Shown: positions 1 through 15,460, counted from the first letter of the stretch. The stretch is DNA of 64,000 nucleotides from Antedon mediterranea (GCF_964355755.1 NC_092678.1:7456422-7520421); one strand, 5' to 3'. Numbers and translations are program-made. Notes: generated by a model not told the origin, from the letters alone.

Positions 1-1477
1 GAAGAACGAATACACTTACTTAATACATCACAATGTACTGCTGTAAGCTACGTTTTATTCTGTTAAAGATTTTCATTAAAATGAATATGACTCAATAGCT
101 TTTAATAAGAAGCGCTCGTAATACACTACTTCTTACTATTATGATTACAACCCAGAAATTGGCATCATGAAACTAGAATTACTTTCAATGTTTTCATCTA
201 TCAGTATTTTGTTATTAAAGATAATAATCCAATATAGTTTCATCTCGATCCAATTGCAAAAGAACTCCAAAACAGTACTACTGTAAATTATTGAATATTA
301 ACAAATACCGTAAGCGTCTTGATTGTGTAAGTGCAGCTCTGAAACATACAATACATGTTTATGACTGCTGTGGAGCTTACGTTTTGAAAATAACTTGTAT
401 TTTTAGTTTTTCAAAGTAATAAACAAGCCTACAGTATGGTGAAATAACAAAATAATTACAGACGGTTACATGTGTCTCCTGACCAAACCAAATCACCATT
501 TTCCAACAACTTAAATACTACTCATTTATAGCTAATTTATCTAACTTTCGCGAATCACATTCACTTTTTATTTTTACTTTGGATGGTTCATAAGATCTTA
601 ATGTATATAATAAAATAAGTCAGGCAATCAGAAATTTAGAAAAATACATGGCAAAATACAACATTAAACAATTTAAAAATCAGTGCAACAGTAAGACTAG
701 TTAAAAAGGATATATCGCAAAAAGTAAAATGCTTAACTATTTCATTGGGGTCCAGAACATGGAAAACAAATTAAAGTTCCATACACAAATTATAAAAGAA
801 GAAGTTAAAAAATCAATAATCAAAAAAATTGTAAAATCGTTAAAAAGAAAAAAAATTAAATATTTCAGCCTATATACATATTACAGGCATTTAAATATAT
901 AGCATATTTGTAACAGGATAATTTGAAAATTGTGGACAAACGTATAAACATACTACACAAGTTTGCAAGTATTAATATTAATTAATACTAATGTTAGATT
1001 ATATTATCTAACACCTAAATAAATTCCAGTCATTTGAGTGGACGATTGTGGGTCACATGGCGTGCAATAGTATCTAACTGGGGATTTTTGTAAAATTTAT
1101 TCTATAATATAATGCAAGTACTATACTACGATCAATAAACTGTAATCCTTTGATATGCAACAATTAATTTAATAATCCAGAATACAGTAGCAAATAGCTT
1201 AATAGCTGTCTATAAAATTATCATCAAGATCACTTCAAGTGACCAGGCAATCAATCGGTCAATATCATATGTCAATATCTAGTGGTCAATCTACAAGTCC
1301 AGTGTGTAATGATAATCTGATCCTTTGCTAAGTGGTTTTAACACTTTCACCCTAAAGGTTTGCTGGAATGAAGATGTCAATAAACTAGAATAGATCTCTC
1401 ATCTCAGCTGACCAAAACATGTACTGTGTTTATTCTATATAGGAATAGTTGCTACAGCTGTTGTGGTCATGAGTTAC

Positions 1478-2771
1478 TTTCCCGATTGATCGTAATCAAA
1501 ACGGTACTGGGTATGGTCTACTAGCGTTCCTGACCCCAACAAATACATCCATTCATAGAAGCCTTAATGAAGTAAGCCTACCTGGTGGTGGCCATTGAAC
1601 GGTCCCGAGATAACGACTATACTTCGGCTTTAGTCGATAGAAGATTGAAAAAAATTGTTAGAGATAGAGTATACGATGTTTGATTATGTGTAGATATGTG
1701 ATTTGTTCTTTTATTCAAATGATGTTCTGCATAAGGAAACGGAGATAGTAGTTGGGTGTAATGATTTTTTATATCAATTAATTAAATTATTGTAGATTGT
1801 ATTATTATGCGATAAATATTATTTAAATATTTGATATATTGTTATTATTGGGATGCATGTAAAGTATAAAAGTATACCATATATTCCATGTATTTTTCAA
1901 TATATATTCATTCTTCTTCAATACACTCAGGAGTATAAACAGGTACCAAGCTACATTATAAAATCGCATACATGAGTGAATATTTAGGTTATATGCATTA
2001 TCATGCATATAACCACTTGATTCTGTCAGGATCTTTTATATTTTCTTATAATTATTATTATCTATTTTTCATATTTTTTATTTTGCTCCAGTAATAATTT
2101 AGAATATATAAAATAATTATCTACATGATTGTGTCAACACAGCTTTTAAAACAGAGTAACAAAAATGTGCCTTAGTACATTTGTTAGGCCTAACCAATTC
2201 ATTATGGATGAATACATTAATTTAAACTAAAGTTACAGACCATTTCATAATTATTCTTACTACAGTTACTGCAGTAAAACACTATTTTTTAACCTGGCAC
2301 TTATTTAGCAAGATAAGGCGTGGCTCATGGGTGATACCACTGTCTTGGAGGGGAGTTCAGGAAGAAATTTTTAATTTTCGGTTATGTTCTCCCCTTGAAG
2401 GGTAAAGGCCTTTGTCGGTTCATCCAGGTAAAGCTAATCACATAATAGGCACACTGTTTATTGCAATGATATAGCCTCATAAATTTCTAAATTTAAATAT
2501 TTAACTCCATTTCCTTATGTAGAACATCATTTGAATAAAAGAACAAATCACACATCTACACATAATCAAACACCGTATACTCTATCTCTAACAAATTTGT
2601 CTCAATCTTCTATCGACTAAAGCTGAAGTATAGTCGCTATCTCGGGACCGTTCTATGGATACCACCAGGTAGGCTTACTTCATCAAGGCTTCTATGAATG
2701 GATGACTGGTTGGGAGCAAGCACGGTAGTAAACCAAACTTAGTACCGTTTTGATTACGATCAATCGGGAAA
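1478..2771. repeat. Long inverted repeat pair (arms 1478-1744 and 2505-2771), possibly a long-TIR element
   Basis: tttcccgattgatcgtaatcaaaacggtact...aaggaaacggag is the reverse complement, with scattered mismatches, of ctccatttcctt...agtaccgttttgattacgatcaatcgggaaa. TTAC lies directly outside both ends. Confidence 0.85.
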
Positions 2772-5700
2772 TTACCATTAAATATCAGAATTTTACTAAA
2801 AAGGCCAACATTATTATAGTCGCTGCCAGAATTAAAGACTCCGGATTTCTTTAACACGTATTGACAAGGAAGAGCAATCTCAAAGTTGACTGCAGATTAG
2901 CAAAAAAATAATTATTGCTTTTAACTAATTCATTTCTGGCCTAAGGTTGCCTTTTTATAGGTTATTGATTAATGGTAATTTATTTATTTAATAGATCTTA
3001 TCACATTATGATAATGAGGTAGACCTGCCATCTGTAGATACTAAATGTTAAGTAAATATCAAGTCTAGTTTAAAATCATTAATATTGGGTTTTTTTTTGG
3101 CAAAGTACAGGTGTATAGCTACATAATGGCTTACATAGCTAATAAAACAAATATAGTGAATAGTCAATCGTGTTTGCATTAAATAGATTACCCTTTATAA
3201 TCATTAAATATTCATACGGATGTATACACTAATATCAAATAAAACCAAATAAAAATACATTTTTGTTGCCATTAAAGTAATATCGTGAGTCATAATTTTT
3301 ATAGAGATAAAATCAATGCATTTGATTTTTGTACAATAACCCTTATCCTTCATAGTCTAGGCACTTTATCCTCTGCAGGTCGTTGTCAATAGTTCTATAC
3401 ACGTGATAGTCAAATTTAGTAGTTTTTGGACAGACTACAGGTGTTCGTGTATGTTCTTTGTTTAAGATATGTATTTGATACGTAGACATACACTTTCAAT
3501 TTACTAGCTAAGATAGAAGGAAATTGCCATCAAAGATGAACGTTTAATTTAAGCAAAAAACGAATACAAATGGGCCAGTAAAAACTGTCTATAGTTAGTA
3601 AACTTGTCTAATAATGTCAAGGAGTCCGATGGAAATGTTACCAAAACAATGAGAAAAAAGAACAAGGAAGAAAACAATCCTGATTACCTCCTCAGAATAT
3701 TTAAAGTGTGTTTTTACCACAAGAGAGAAAACACTATATTTCCCTCCTTAAATCTTATACTGTACATAAACATTTTATGTAAAGAAACCAATGGAGAATA
3801 CCGAATGGATATAATTAATTTTCTTTTACGGTAATGATATTTCAACTAGCCTACAGTACTTTTTCTACATGAGAAAAATGAAATTCAGATATTTCTATTA
3901 AGGCTATAAAACTTAAGCTTTAAAAAACCTAATCTTGCATTTAGATATAGTATTGCAGCAGAAATATCATGTCAGCATGGACAGAGAGAAATAAAATAAA
4001 TATATGAATGATCCTTGGTTCAAAGTTAGGCCCATTTGAAGTCTCCCTTCCTTAATCAATGACCATGAATTCTAGCAATAAAATCAATTCCATACCCTCT
4101 GTTTTCTAGGCCAATATATTAAATCAAGCCTAGAAATTGACCAACAATTTAAAGACCATCACAAACAGAACACGTGGATGATCAGAATAAGCTTTTATGG
4201 TAGTGTTTTCTACGAATTCCTAACATATATCATTAGCTGTATAACCACATCTAAAGAGCTTTGAAGGGCCAATGTTATTCAAGAACAAATTTATTGTTTA
4301 TTTATACATTTTTATTACAACTCAAGGAAATGAGAAATACAGACAAGCATTCCTGAAGGACAAAATTAGAAAGTTTGTCAAAGAAAACAAGTATAAGAAA
4401 ATACATAAACTTCAGTGCATTGAGCAAGTTTAAACACAATATATTGAAATACATGTTGTCGTATAATTTTATTTTAAACAACTTCATATTTTCACTTTGT
4501 AGCAAAATGAATATAATTATGCAAGTGAGAAATTAAATGTATGGTTTACAAAATTTGGTAAACAGGTGCATAATGAAAATAGTATTTTCCTATGTAAAAT
4601 TGATTTTTTAAAATTTTTTTTTGCTAGAAATTTGCATAAATGTTGGTAAATTTCTTAAATAAATTTCGCAAAAAAAATGGACCATTAATAACTGCTGAAT
4701 AAAATATATTTTATAATATATAATTTTAAAGAGAAGGTTTATTAAAAAAAACTGTTTATGTTGTACTAATAAAGTGATATCAATATTGATAATTTATTTT
4801 GCTTTTTAACTGAAAATCTATAATATGAAAAAAGATAATGTTTTGTATATATTTGTTTATGTATGTTTTCCTATAAAACCTTATCAATCTCAAAGTAGTC
4901 AATGAATACTTTATATCAGACAACAGATATTTATGACTTCTGTAGTGTTTCATTAGAGTAAAACGCATTAAAACTAAATATATGAGAGAGAAAGATAGGT
5001 AAAGGGTGAGTCACGTTCAATCCCGCACACACACGCAAACAATGCTTAATCATTTCAGATCGCGATTAACATCACGCTAAATGTCAAAATCATAAAGCAA
5101 TATTAAAGAGATATATCAGATTTATTTCAATGTTTTTTTTAAAGTTAAAATAAACAACAACATTTTCTTTCTGGATTTATTTGTCCAGAAAAACGTTTTT
5201 ATTTATTTGAATAAGTTTTTATTTATTCAATCTTTCACTCAGAGGCTCCTAAGAAGGCAAAAAGTTTCATATTGTACATAAACATATTTTGCATTAGTTC
5301 AGAATACAGAAACTTGATTGTTGTTGCCTGAAACATACAAGCATTTGTTGTGTAAAAATTTGAGAAATAAGTATTTGTATATATACATCAAAATTATTAT
5401 TACAGAATACTAAACTTTATTGGTGTCGCATAAAACACACAAGCAGCAATTGTTGTGTAAAAGTTTGAGAAATATATATATATATATATATACATCTAAA
5501 TTTTATCTGTACTGTACAATTTAAAAACTTGATATAAAAAGTTTTTCACAAAAAAGTTCATCCGTTGAAAATTTTAAAAACCTAAAAAATGCTGTTAAAA
5601 TAAGATAGAAAAAGAGTGTTCTGTTCTCACAGAATACTGATATGCTAAATTTTTTGAAAAGTATAATTTTTCAACTTTATAGCAATATCGTTTTAGTATC

Positions 5701-6693
5701 CTTAAACAATTTTTTTTTCTGATAAAGGACAAATTAAATCAATTTACGGCAATGGATTCTTCTGATGTGTTCTACGAGGATGCATCTATTCAATAATAAT
5801 TGAGATTTACGACCAGGGGCAAACGCATATGAATCATTCCACGTATAATAGTCACATACGTAATTTATAATATATTACTAAATGTAATTCATAATCCCAT
5901 ATTTTTTAATTTATAGCTGATATCCACAGTTCGCATTACTTAATAATTCTTGGGTTTTTTTTTTATCTTTTATGGGTCTCTCCCATCTTTATTCATTCAA
6001 TCTTTATTCATTCAATAATGTATATACAAAATTCATTATTATATAACATAATAAAATAATATAATATAATAATTCTTGGGTTTATGTTTCATAAATGATT
6101 TGCGATAAAACATGCATTTTCTAGAAATTTGTAAAATTTTTTGTTGATAATACACAAAGTTTATTGCATCGACTACCCTACCTAAAAAAAAATGTTAGTA
6201 TAAAAAATACAGTTGCTGCAGTAATTGCAATAGAATAATTTTGTCAAGGTCTCTCAAGTTATTCATTTTGTTTTTTGTCTTATGAAACATTTCTAGGTTA
6301 CTCAGAAATTGTCCTTCTAGCGATGTTTAGGAATATTTTACTGTTATTAGTTTTTCCCCCTATCGCTGTGAGCAAAATCATTAAATTTATCTGTGTTGCT
6401 ATGAGAACAGTTGCCAGAAAATTATTTTAAAATAAAGTTGTGATGCTTTCAGTTTCTTTTCAAAAGAAAAAAATAGACTATATTATAAACAATTTTTTTA
6501 GTAAATGTTCTTAGGAACTTTTTCACAAAAATTGTTTATGAATTTAACAAAAGTTCGTGTTTTTAGGAAATCACATTTTATTTCAAATATTTTGGGTATT
6601 GTTAAATGTTTTTTGTTGATGGAAACCCACTACAGCAGAAACAGACCTCTTTACAAGTATTGACCTTAGGAATTTCTCCTTTTCTTTTTATAA

Positions 6694-7494
6694 GGGCCTG
6701 TTTCTATAGAGCAGAGAATACAGTTTTGAATACCGTTCTTTACAAGAACCGTTTTTTCTTGCCAGCAGAAATGGGTCTCCACAAAAAACCACAAAAAAGA
6801 ACCGATCTTAAAAAACGGTTTCAAAAACCCCAATTGATTGCAAAGAACCGTTCTGAAACCGGTTTCCGCAGAGCAATTTTTAGCTGCAACGCGGTCTCAA
6901 TTTGACCCCAAAAACTGAACTCTGCAGTCTGCTGCACTGGGACGATTGCGGTCAACTAAGTCATTTTTATTTCTCTAGATAGTGAGTATTTTATTTAACT
7001 AAAAAATGTTGACCGATGCCATTATGAGGTTCGTAAAAAATATGTGAAGGGAAGAAGATAAGGGGACTTGTCGGGAGTCGGAAGAAACACTCACGTAGGC
7101 CTAGGCCTACATGTTTTAAGAATATTGTAAAGCCTGTGAAAGCTAGACGAGTTCAACTTGACAATATCAGAGGGTGTGACGTACCTATACTTTAACCAAG
7201 GACCACAATAACGTTTCAGGTAATAATTCCCCCTTCTATGATGAAATGGATGCTATTTCCTGGGGATCGCGCTATGCGAAAAAAAAGTAAACATGACCTC
7301 GATCCAATCACGCTTCCACCTAACGAACTGCATTGTGGTGTATATAATGACGTCATTCATAACGAACGCACATGGACGGAACCGGTTTTATTGGAGTAAA
7401 AATTGAGCTGCAACGCGATCTTTATTTATAAACAACAGCCGAGACCGGTTTCGAAAAAACCGTTCTTTTTTTATTTTTCAATAGAAACAGGCCC
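6694..7494. mobile_element. Non-autonomous PIF/Harbinger-type element (MITE)
   Basis: Perfect 14-bp TIR GGGCCTGTTTCTAT...ATAGAAACAGGCCC. TAA is duplicated at 6691-6693 and 7495-7497. No transposase ORF. Confidence 0.9.
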
Positions 7495-7571
7495 TAAATC
7501 TTCCTTTTTTAACAATCTTTTTTTTTTTAAATAATAATAAACAGTAGAAATGTTTAAAAGATTAATAATTG

Positions 7572-8052
7572 TATGTTATTACAATATTACAATGGGGCGA
7601 GTTTAATTGTTACTGTAGCATATTTGAAGAAAAAAGTGATTTAATATTTTGTACATAGATAAAATAACAAGACATGGTGCATTGTGATTTATTGCTTCGG
7701 ACAATGATACTTATTCTAAAATATTCTAGTAGAACAAATGTTACCCAACGTTCGTGCCTTTGTGGACATTTAAAGCATTGGTCAGATTAGGAAAACCAAG
7801 ACAAAAGGCTATATGTTATTACAATATTACAATGGGGCGAGTTTAATTGTTACTGTAGCATATTTGAAGAAAAAAGTGATTTAATATTTTGTACATAGAT
7901 AAAATAACAAGACATGGTGCATTGTGATTTATTGCTTCGGACAATGATACTTATTCTAAAATATTCTAGTAGAACAAATGTTACCCAACGTTCGTGCCTT
8001 TGTGGACATTTAAAGCATTGGTCAGATTAGGAAAACCAAGACAAAAGGCTAT
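7572..8052. repeat. Exact 240-bp tandem duplication
   Basis: 7572-7811 is repeated at 7812-8051, with no difference I could find by eye. Confidence 0.95.
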
Positions 8053-11000
8053 CAATCACCCAATCAAGCTTTTCTATTTTATAAGTATTCATGTTCACTT
8101 AAAAAGAACAAAAGAAGTTAGCAAACAGTGTGGTGTTTGTTTTCCAATTTTTATGAGTTTACACACATGTTATGAATCACGTGCAACTGGCGATTTTTAA
8201 TAAACAATTTATTATAAGAAAATATTTGTGTAAGTTGTGATTTTTTATTTCCATTATGCATGTTTTGGACGCAGCTTCAGAAGTTGAAGTGCGATGCTGA
8301 TACAAAAATCATTGTTACCAACATTAGTGCAATACCCACTACTAGTTACTGACACATACCTAAACATAGTCTGCTGGCTTTGTCTGGAAGTACAGTATGA
8401 ACGCCAGGCTATTGATCTGGATTCTGTGGGTTTCGATAGACGCCATATAATATTCTGCAGTATTCTCTGTACTAAGAGTATTACTTCTACTAGCTCATGC
8501 CTCCACTAAATTGGAGCTTTCCAACATACTATTACTACAGTACTCTCATTTCTTGAGAAGGGAAAGCTTAGCACTAAAATAGACCTACCTAGAGGTAACA
8601 AAGTCTACTAGCCCTTCCCATAAATATGGATAAATATGAGTATTACTCATTACTTTTTGATTATCCATGAAAGCTAGGCAGGAAAAAAACGTACTATTCA
8701 AGTTCGACATAGGTAAAACGACATTTTATATGAATACACGACTATTCATTGACACTGTATATGATTTATAGTATTTTGATTTACAAGTTAATTATAAGTG
8801 TAACTATGCTAAAGCCAGCAATCATATAGGTGAATACATCGCATGCCATCGCTCTGATAGATCCACTATTGCAAACTAGTCTGTCCAGTACGCATATCAG
8901 GATTATCATATGTAAAGTCGTGATATTATTGTGATCTAAAATCATATATCAAATTCATATTGAATTATGATAGAGATTTGAAAAATCAAAGCATGAAATA
9001 TAATCCTGATATTGAATTACATATTAATAAATCAAGAAAAATATTTGCAACTTCTGTAACATTTTCAAGATCATTAATTATTTATAGTATAATAACTTTG
9101 TATCCTGAGGCAGTACATTAATATACATTGTAGTGACTGATTGACCAAGCAAAATTAAAAAGTTAAAATTGCAATAATAAAACCGGTTTTATACTAGGCG
9201 ATTTTATTATTATTTATAATGAGAACAGTTGTTTTAACTAGACTGATCAGTAAGTAACATTACAAAAAAGATGTTTAACCCACAAGGCAAATTATTGTAA
9301 TAATATAATATCTCACAGATCTGCGTAAAGGCCATTACTCACTACTTTATCATGCAGAATTTTACAAAGGGCAGTTAGCGGCATCTTGTCTATTCAAGAA
9401 TGAGGGAAAACACATAAGTTTGGAGGGCCAAATATTGCAATATACTTTTAGTTATACTATTATTTTCACTCAGGCCATATATATAAAATATAGTTACAAC
9501 TACCATGTTTTTGGATTTATTTCTGAATAAATTGAGGTAAAAAGAGGGTCGCTGTAATTTTTAAATTATTTAAAGGGGAGTTTTCTTGACCAGGAGAGTT
9601 TGCTTCAATGACATGAAAAGTTTGCTTTGACTGGGGATGTCACACGAATGATAAAACCTCCCCTAGGCTACAGGCCTAGCATAATCCATTCAAAATCTAA
9701 TTCTCTAAATTATTACTACAATTGCAAACAAGTACATCTCACCTTTCTCAAAATTCTAAGTCAATTCTCCCAAAGGGAGGCAAATTATCGGCAAATTGAA
9801 AGGAATTCAAATTGACATAAGGCAACCTTACAACTGTTTGGGAACATACATTTAAAATGTTGTCTGCATTCTATGGAGGTTTTTAGTCCCAAATGGGAGT
9901 TATAAAATAAGCACACTAGATGCAATAAATTTGCTTTGATCAATTTATGTTGTTTAGTTACCTCAATTGGTGTTTTGAAATTCCATTAACAAAATAAGAT
10001 AACTTTAACTACCAAACCATCTGTGTTTACAGATTTTAATTCATGTAGTTTATCCCTGGAAATATCAACATTTTAATTTAAAACAAACTTGCTTCATATG
10101 AATAGGTTTATACTGTCTAAATTTTAAACATAATAATATTAAGAGCTTCATCTGTTAGCAAGCATAACAAATAATTACTTGATAAGATGAACAGCAACAA
10201 AATAAATAATAAATAAAACATTTAAATTGTGCCAAATCCACTCAAAAAATGATCTAAAGGCCAATTGTATCCAGAAAGTTGATCAGTTTTTATATTAATT
10301 TTAAATTAATCAAAAGTTGGTAAATGTCTGACAAAAGGAGTAATCTCGTTCCAGAGAGAGGATGCAAATAATTTGTGCATCCACCAATGTGGAAAGGGGG
10401 TTGGTTTATATAATGGGAATTCTATGTAAAGGTAAAGTCTTTTATTAACGAGAATAACTATTATACAAAATGTCTGTTTCTATCATTATGTTGTAATGCA
10501 TAATTTTCTTTTCCAACATAAATTCCAAAGTTTGTGAAAAATAAATCATAAATTGAAATAAATTTTTACTCCAGACTACACAAATAATGTCAGTTAAAAT
10601 CCGACACAAAAACACAAATATGTAGGGTGGTGATCTCCAACAGTGTCGATCATTAAGGTACGAATACACAGTGTGGGGCTTGCTGGATCATGATTTTCCA
10701 TGAGAAATGTTACAAATTTTGCCCTAATTAAATGTATGGAGCTCTATAATCAGATGTGCTGTGATAGAACTCTGTATCAGTTTATCCTAATCTTATAAAA
10801 GATCTCACAGGAGCGTAAATACAAATACAAAAGTCATACAAAACTTCTCAATGAATTTCAGTTTCATCTGTCTGTCTGTCCACAAGTAGTAAAGTAGAGT
10901 AATTTGAAAAAAATAAAATGCCACACAACATACTGTAGATGTGCCTGGTATTATTTAATTTGTTATCAGAAGGGCTCATCATAATTCTACCTTTTGTGGT

Positions 11001-12589
11001 TCAACACTTATATTATTAGCCGAAAATGAGCAATTCAGTTCAATAACAAAGTACATAGTGAGAATCCGCTGTTTACAATACCAACTCCTGTTATCTGGCA
11101 GATCAAATTCAAGGGAAATATTATCACATTATTTTAAACAGCTGATACCAGGAGGTGTTATGGCTACAGGCCTTTTTAATAGACGTCAGACAACCGAAGA
11201 AACAACTCAACTGCACAAATGAAGATGTAGACAAAGTTAAATTAATTATTTTAAATTGAGCTGATTTTTAGAAATTCTCTTCCCTTCCCCTACCCATATA
11301 ACTATCCTCCTGGGACAACTAAAATATACCGAGAAAAAACAGATTACTCCTACTTAGGACAATCTGCCAGTCAACAAATTAAACTATCAATCAAAGTGTA
11401 CCAGTGAAAAATCCAAGATTTTGAAATAGGAGGAGGTGGATGGCTGAAAGTAATCACAAAACCCATGAGGGGGTACACTACAATAGTTGCACCAGGGAAT
11501 TGAACAACTCCCTGGTTGCACTAGCTAGAGAGTAATTGTACTGTGTGGTTGTAAGTGGTTGTGCAGATACTGAAATTGTTTGGCAAACTGTTCAAAATCG
11601 TGTGTTCAACAGAAAAACAATGGCCAAATGTAAAGATGTTTTAAGAAAGCCTTTGTAGACACAATTTCCTATTCCTTGTAAAAAAAACATTAACATTTGA
11701 ACTACTTTAGGTCAACACAAATTTTAAAAGATTAAACTCCATTCACTTGAAACTAAATGTGTATTGATTTTGTACTTCAGCAATCAAATGTTCCTAATTA
11801 GTCTATTTTCATGAGTCTTGACAGAATTTCCAACAAGTTATTGGAATAAATATTTACACACTTCAAATATTCATATATTGTTGTTAAAACATTAATTTCA
11901 GCCAGTGAATCTCGTTTTAATATTTGATTTGTAACTTGCGAGGAAGCAGGATTATTGACGCTGTAAACATGCATGGAAATAATGTATCCATCAACAAGCA
12001 GATACGAGATATTAAACCATCGTTCATCGAAAGCTAATCACTGTACATGCTTGCTCCGTATTTACTGTATGATATCAAGAAGCTGTCAGAGAGAATGTTG
12101 GTTGGAAGTGAAACAGACGATTGATTCTTTAATCAAACTATTAAAAAATGGATAAAAACCTGATGGAATAGCACATCCAATTACATATTAAAGAGGGCAT
12201 TCTTTGAAAACAGCTTTGGTGATTTTTTAAAAATTGTGGCCACCTAATTTTACACTAAAAAAGGCCATTTTTGTATGCCTTTTCCTTTATAGGAATTAAA
12301 TTGCGGTCTATCAGAGATATGTTGTAGGTTAGGTTGTTCTGCATAGAAACGCGCAAACAAAAAAACAACATTGTCTAATGTTACATTTTAAAAACATGGT
12401 ATATACAGTACACTGTGGTTGAACAAGCCTTCTCTGATTTGGAATTAAATCTAGGTACTGTACACATCTGGCTTGTGTACACTTTAAAGAACTCTGTACA
12501 TCTTTCAGGCGAGTAGAGGTTCACCCCGGTTTTCTGGTCATCCCATAGTATGCACTGAACTTTGTGTGGCATCGGTCCAAAGAGACCTG

Positions 12590-13119
12590 GGGTGGATTGC
12601 TATAAAACAGTCTTAACTGATGGTCTTAACTCCCCGATTAAAGCCGGCTTTATCTGATAGACGGTCTTATTAAAGCCACTCCTGATAGACCATTGCTATA
12701 AACCAGTCTTAGGTAAGACCGCGTAAAGTAACAAATTGAGGGCGTACTTTGCGCGTAGAATACCAAATAAGGTAATGTTCGTCACGCTTGTTCAATTCAC
12801 AATCATAACAGTACGTACATTTCTACGCGAGAAAATCCATTCTAGGCCTATATAACAATAAAATCACCGTTATTATTTGATTAAACACTTAAAACTCGTT
12901 CAATTGGTTGTCTTTGACGATAAATAATACGTAAAAGCAACAAAAAGAGAGGTTTAAGACTGTTTTAAGACTCCTTCGAGTAGGCTTTAATTTTAAAGAC
13001 CGTTTACAGGTTAGACCGCGGTATAGCAATGGTCTATAATATAAGACTACTTGCTACGTCACGAATTATAGCCGGCTAAGCGCTAAGACCGGTTATAGAC
13101 TGCTTATAGCAATCCGCCC
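12590..13119. mobile_element. Non-autonomous Harbinger-type element with CTG (CWG) target duplication
   Basis: Imperfect TIR GGGTGGATTGCTATAA...TTATAGCAATCCGCCC. CTG lies at 12587-12589 and 13120-13122. Internal taagacc/ggtctta repeats occur in both orientations. Confidence 0.85.
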
Positions 13120-15460
13120 CTGATCTGAATTTTTTAAGTTAAGGAAACTACAGAAATACAAAATCACATACACCATACTTTTCCTTCCCTACAAACAATT
13201 TGAAAAAGTATTTAAACCGAGACGTAATTAATGATGACTGTGCCTACAGCACCACTGACATTTTAAAGGGATACCTTCCCTGTGATTTCAATAAATACAT
13301 ACCATAAACAATTTGCCAACACCTTGTAATTACGATGCCTCATTTACAAAATGTTCTCAACCACCAGCAACGGGCTATTTCACTAATTTGTTAGGCTATT
13401 TGTTAGGCAGTTTGGAAGATGTTAGAAGCCCATGGGAGGCATTATGCGCATCAGCAATAATAATTGCAATGACAAGGAAAATAAATATGAATTTATTAGC
13501 AAAGACAACACACATGAATAGTTGTCTAGAGGATCGAATGAGATTTAAAATGCAGTCGTACTTGTGCACTGATTAGAAAAACTATGCAAGTGAATACAAA
13601 AAATGTTATAACTTAAAGATGAAGAAGACGGAATAAAAAATTATTACTCAATGCACATTGCAAACAGAAATTGTGTTTTGATTGAGTTTATTTTTTTTAA
13701 ATTATTTTCTTTATACCTCTTCAGTCAAGGACTGGTCTCCCAGAGGGAGTTGGGACAGTTGTTGCTACAAGAATTGAAATGGATATCCAAGGATGTACTG
13801 ATGGTCTAGTGGTGTGAGTGTCAAAAAGTAAAAAGTGGGTGCTGTGTTGAATTAGGCTACAGTAGATCGAAAACTTATAAGTTGGCTTATAGACTGGAAC
13901 AAAGATTTTGAAGGATAGGATAATTACACTGGAAGGCTTATACTCAAACCAAGTCGAAGATAATTGTAAAATAGTTCATAAGGTATTAAATTGAGCCATT
14001 TGGAATCAAATAAAATTGTATTCCTGCGTGAATTAAACTTCGTTTTTACATTTCACAAAGTGCAAAGTATTCAAATGCGTGCCTCTGGCCATGAACTAAC
14101 GCTTCATAAGTAGATACATGAAATGTAATTATAGTTGTTCAGATAAAATTTGTCATTCCAATTTGACCTTTGGACAGGCACTACAAGATACTATACAAGA
14201 TCATTAGTGACGAGCCAATAGCAAAACAGACAGTACAGTACTGTACATATAAAATAGCAATCAAGTACAGTAGAATCATCCAAACCATCAGGACCAAACA
14301 ATCCACTTGATAGGGTGTTATCCCTGAATATGGGTTTACAATAGTTTTAACCATACATTTCGCCTCATTCATTTCAGTGTCCCCTGAATGGGGGTGACCC
14401 ATCTTTTTTTTTTTTTTTTTTTAATCTTATCTGTTTTTCTCTCCTCTTTATTTTTAAAACACTTTGGGACAATTAGATAAAAGGGTTTTTACTGTACGGT
14501 ATAGTAATTTAATAACATTTTTAATAATTTAGTGATCTCCTGCTTTTCATGAAGGAGTGTCGCCTGTCAGGGCATATTAATTAGTATTTTGTCATAGTAT
14601 TAAATATTTATACTACTAATTCATGATTGAAAAACTTTGAACGAGCCACACAATTTTGCGAAAATAATTTGCTTTAAGTTGATATAGCCAATTCTGTACA
14701 TTAAAATTCAAATTGAATTTAAACTAAGCAATATAAGACGTCTACTTAGTCTTCAGACTCTCTATTCCGAATTTACAAAACGTGAAATACATTAATTATT
14801 CGAAGATATACGGATGATGGTTCTCCACAGAGAGTGGTCATGAATTATTCATATATTACCCTGTTGCTGATTGCCGTGGAATGAGTTTCAATGAGATCAG
14901 AGGCTGAGAGGTTTGTACAAAATGTCTTTAGCCCAATGGCTATGTTGCCGTGGCAGATCACTTTAGTTTTATATAAACTTTCAATGCTTCTGAGCACATG
15001 AAGATATCCTGTATATAAGAAGGTTTTAACATAACCTACTGTTTTAAGCCTCCTATGATAAGTTCAGTTGTACACTTTTTTCTGTTTGAACTAGGCCATG
15101 GATTAGCGCAGGACAACTGTCAATAAACCTTACACCTGGAGTTCATTCCACAAGCAAGGAAAGGTCTGATTAACAAATCCTCCTTTGTGATGCATCATTG
15201 ACTGAATCAAGTTGGAAAATGACAGAACTGAAAATGACTACAAGACAACCACTCGGTAAAGCAGAACTTTTACCAAAAAACTTTAGTTTTTTGTTAAGTT
15301 AATTGTTTTAACACCTTGACTTTTATAACTACATACAGTACTGTAGATTACCATACATCTGGACAATTCAATTCTCTGTAACTAGGTTGGAAGACCATGA
15401 ATCCACAGTGAAAAGCAATTTATATTTAATCATATAGTTTGTTATCTGATTAAAACTTAC

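Noticed and set aside
1-15460. Further CELSR exons (next EGF and laminin-G domains)
   Set aside because: I found no Cys-spaced EGF or LamG-like translation with splice sites, so I treat this as one long intron. A small exon could have been missed by eye.
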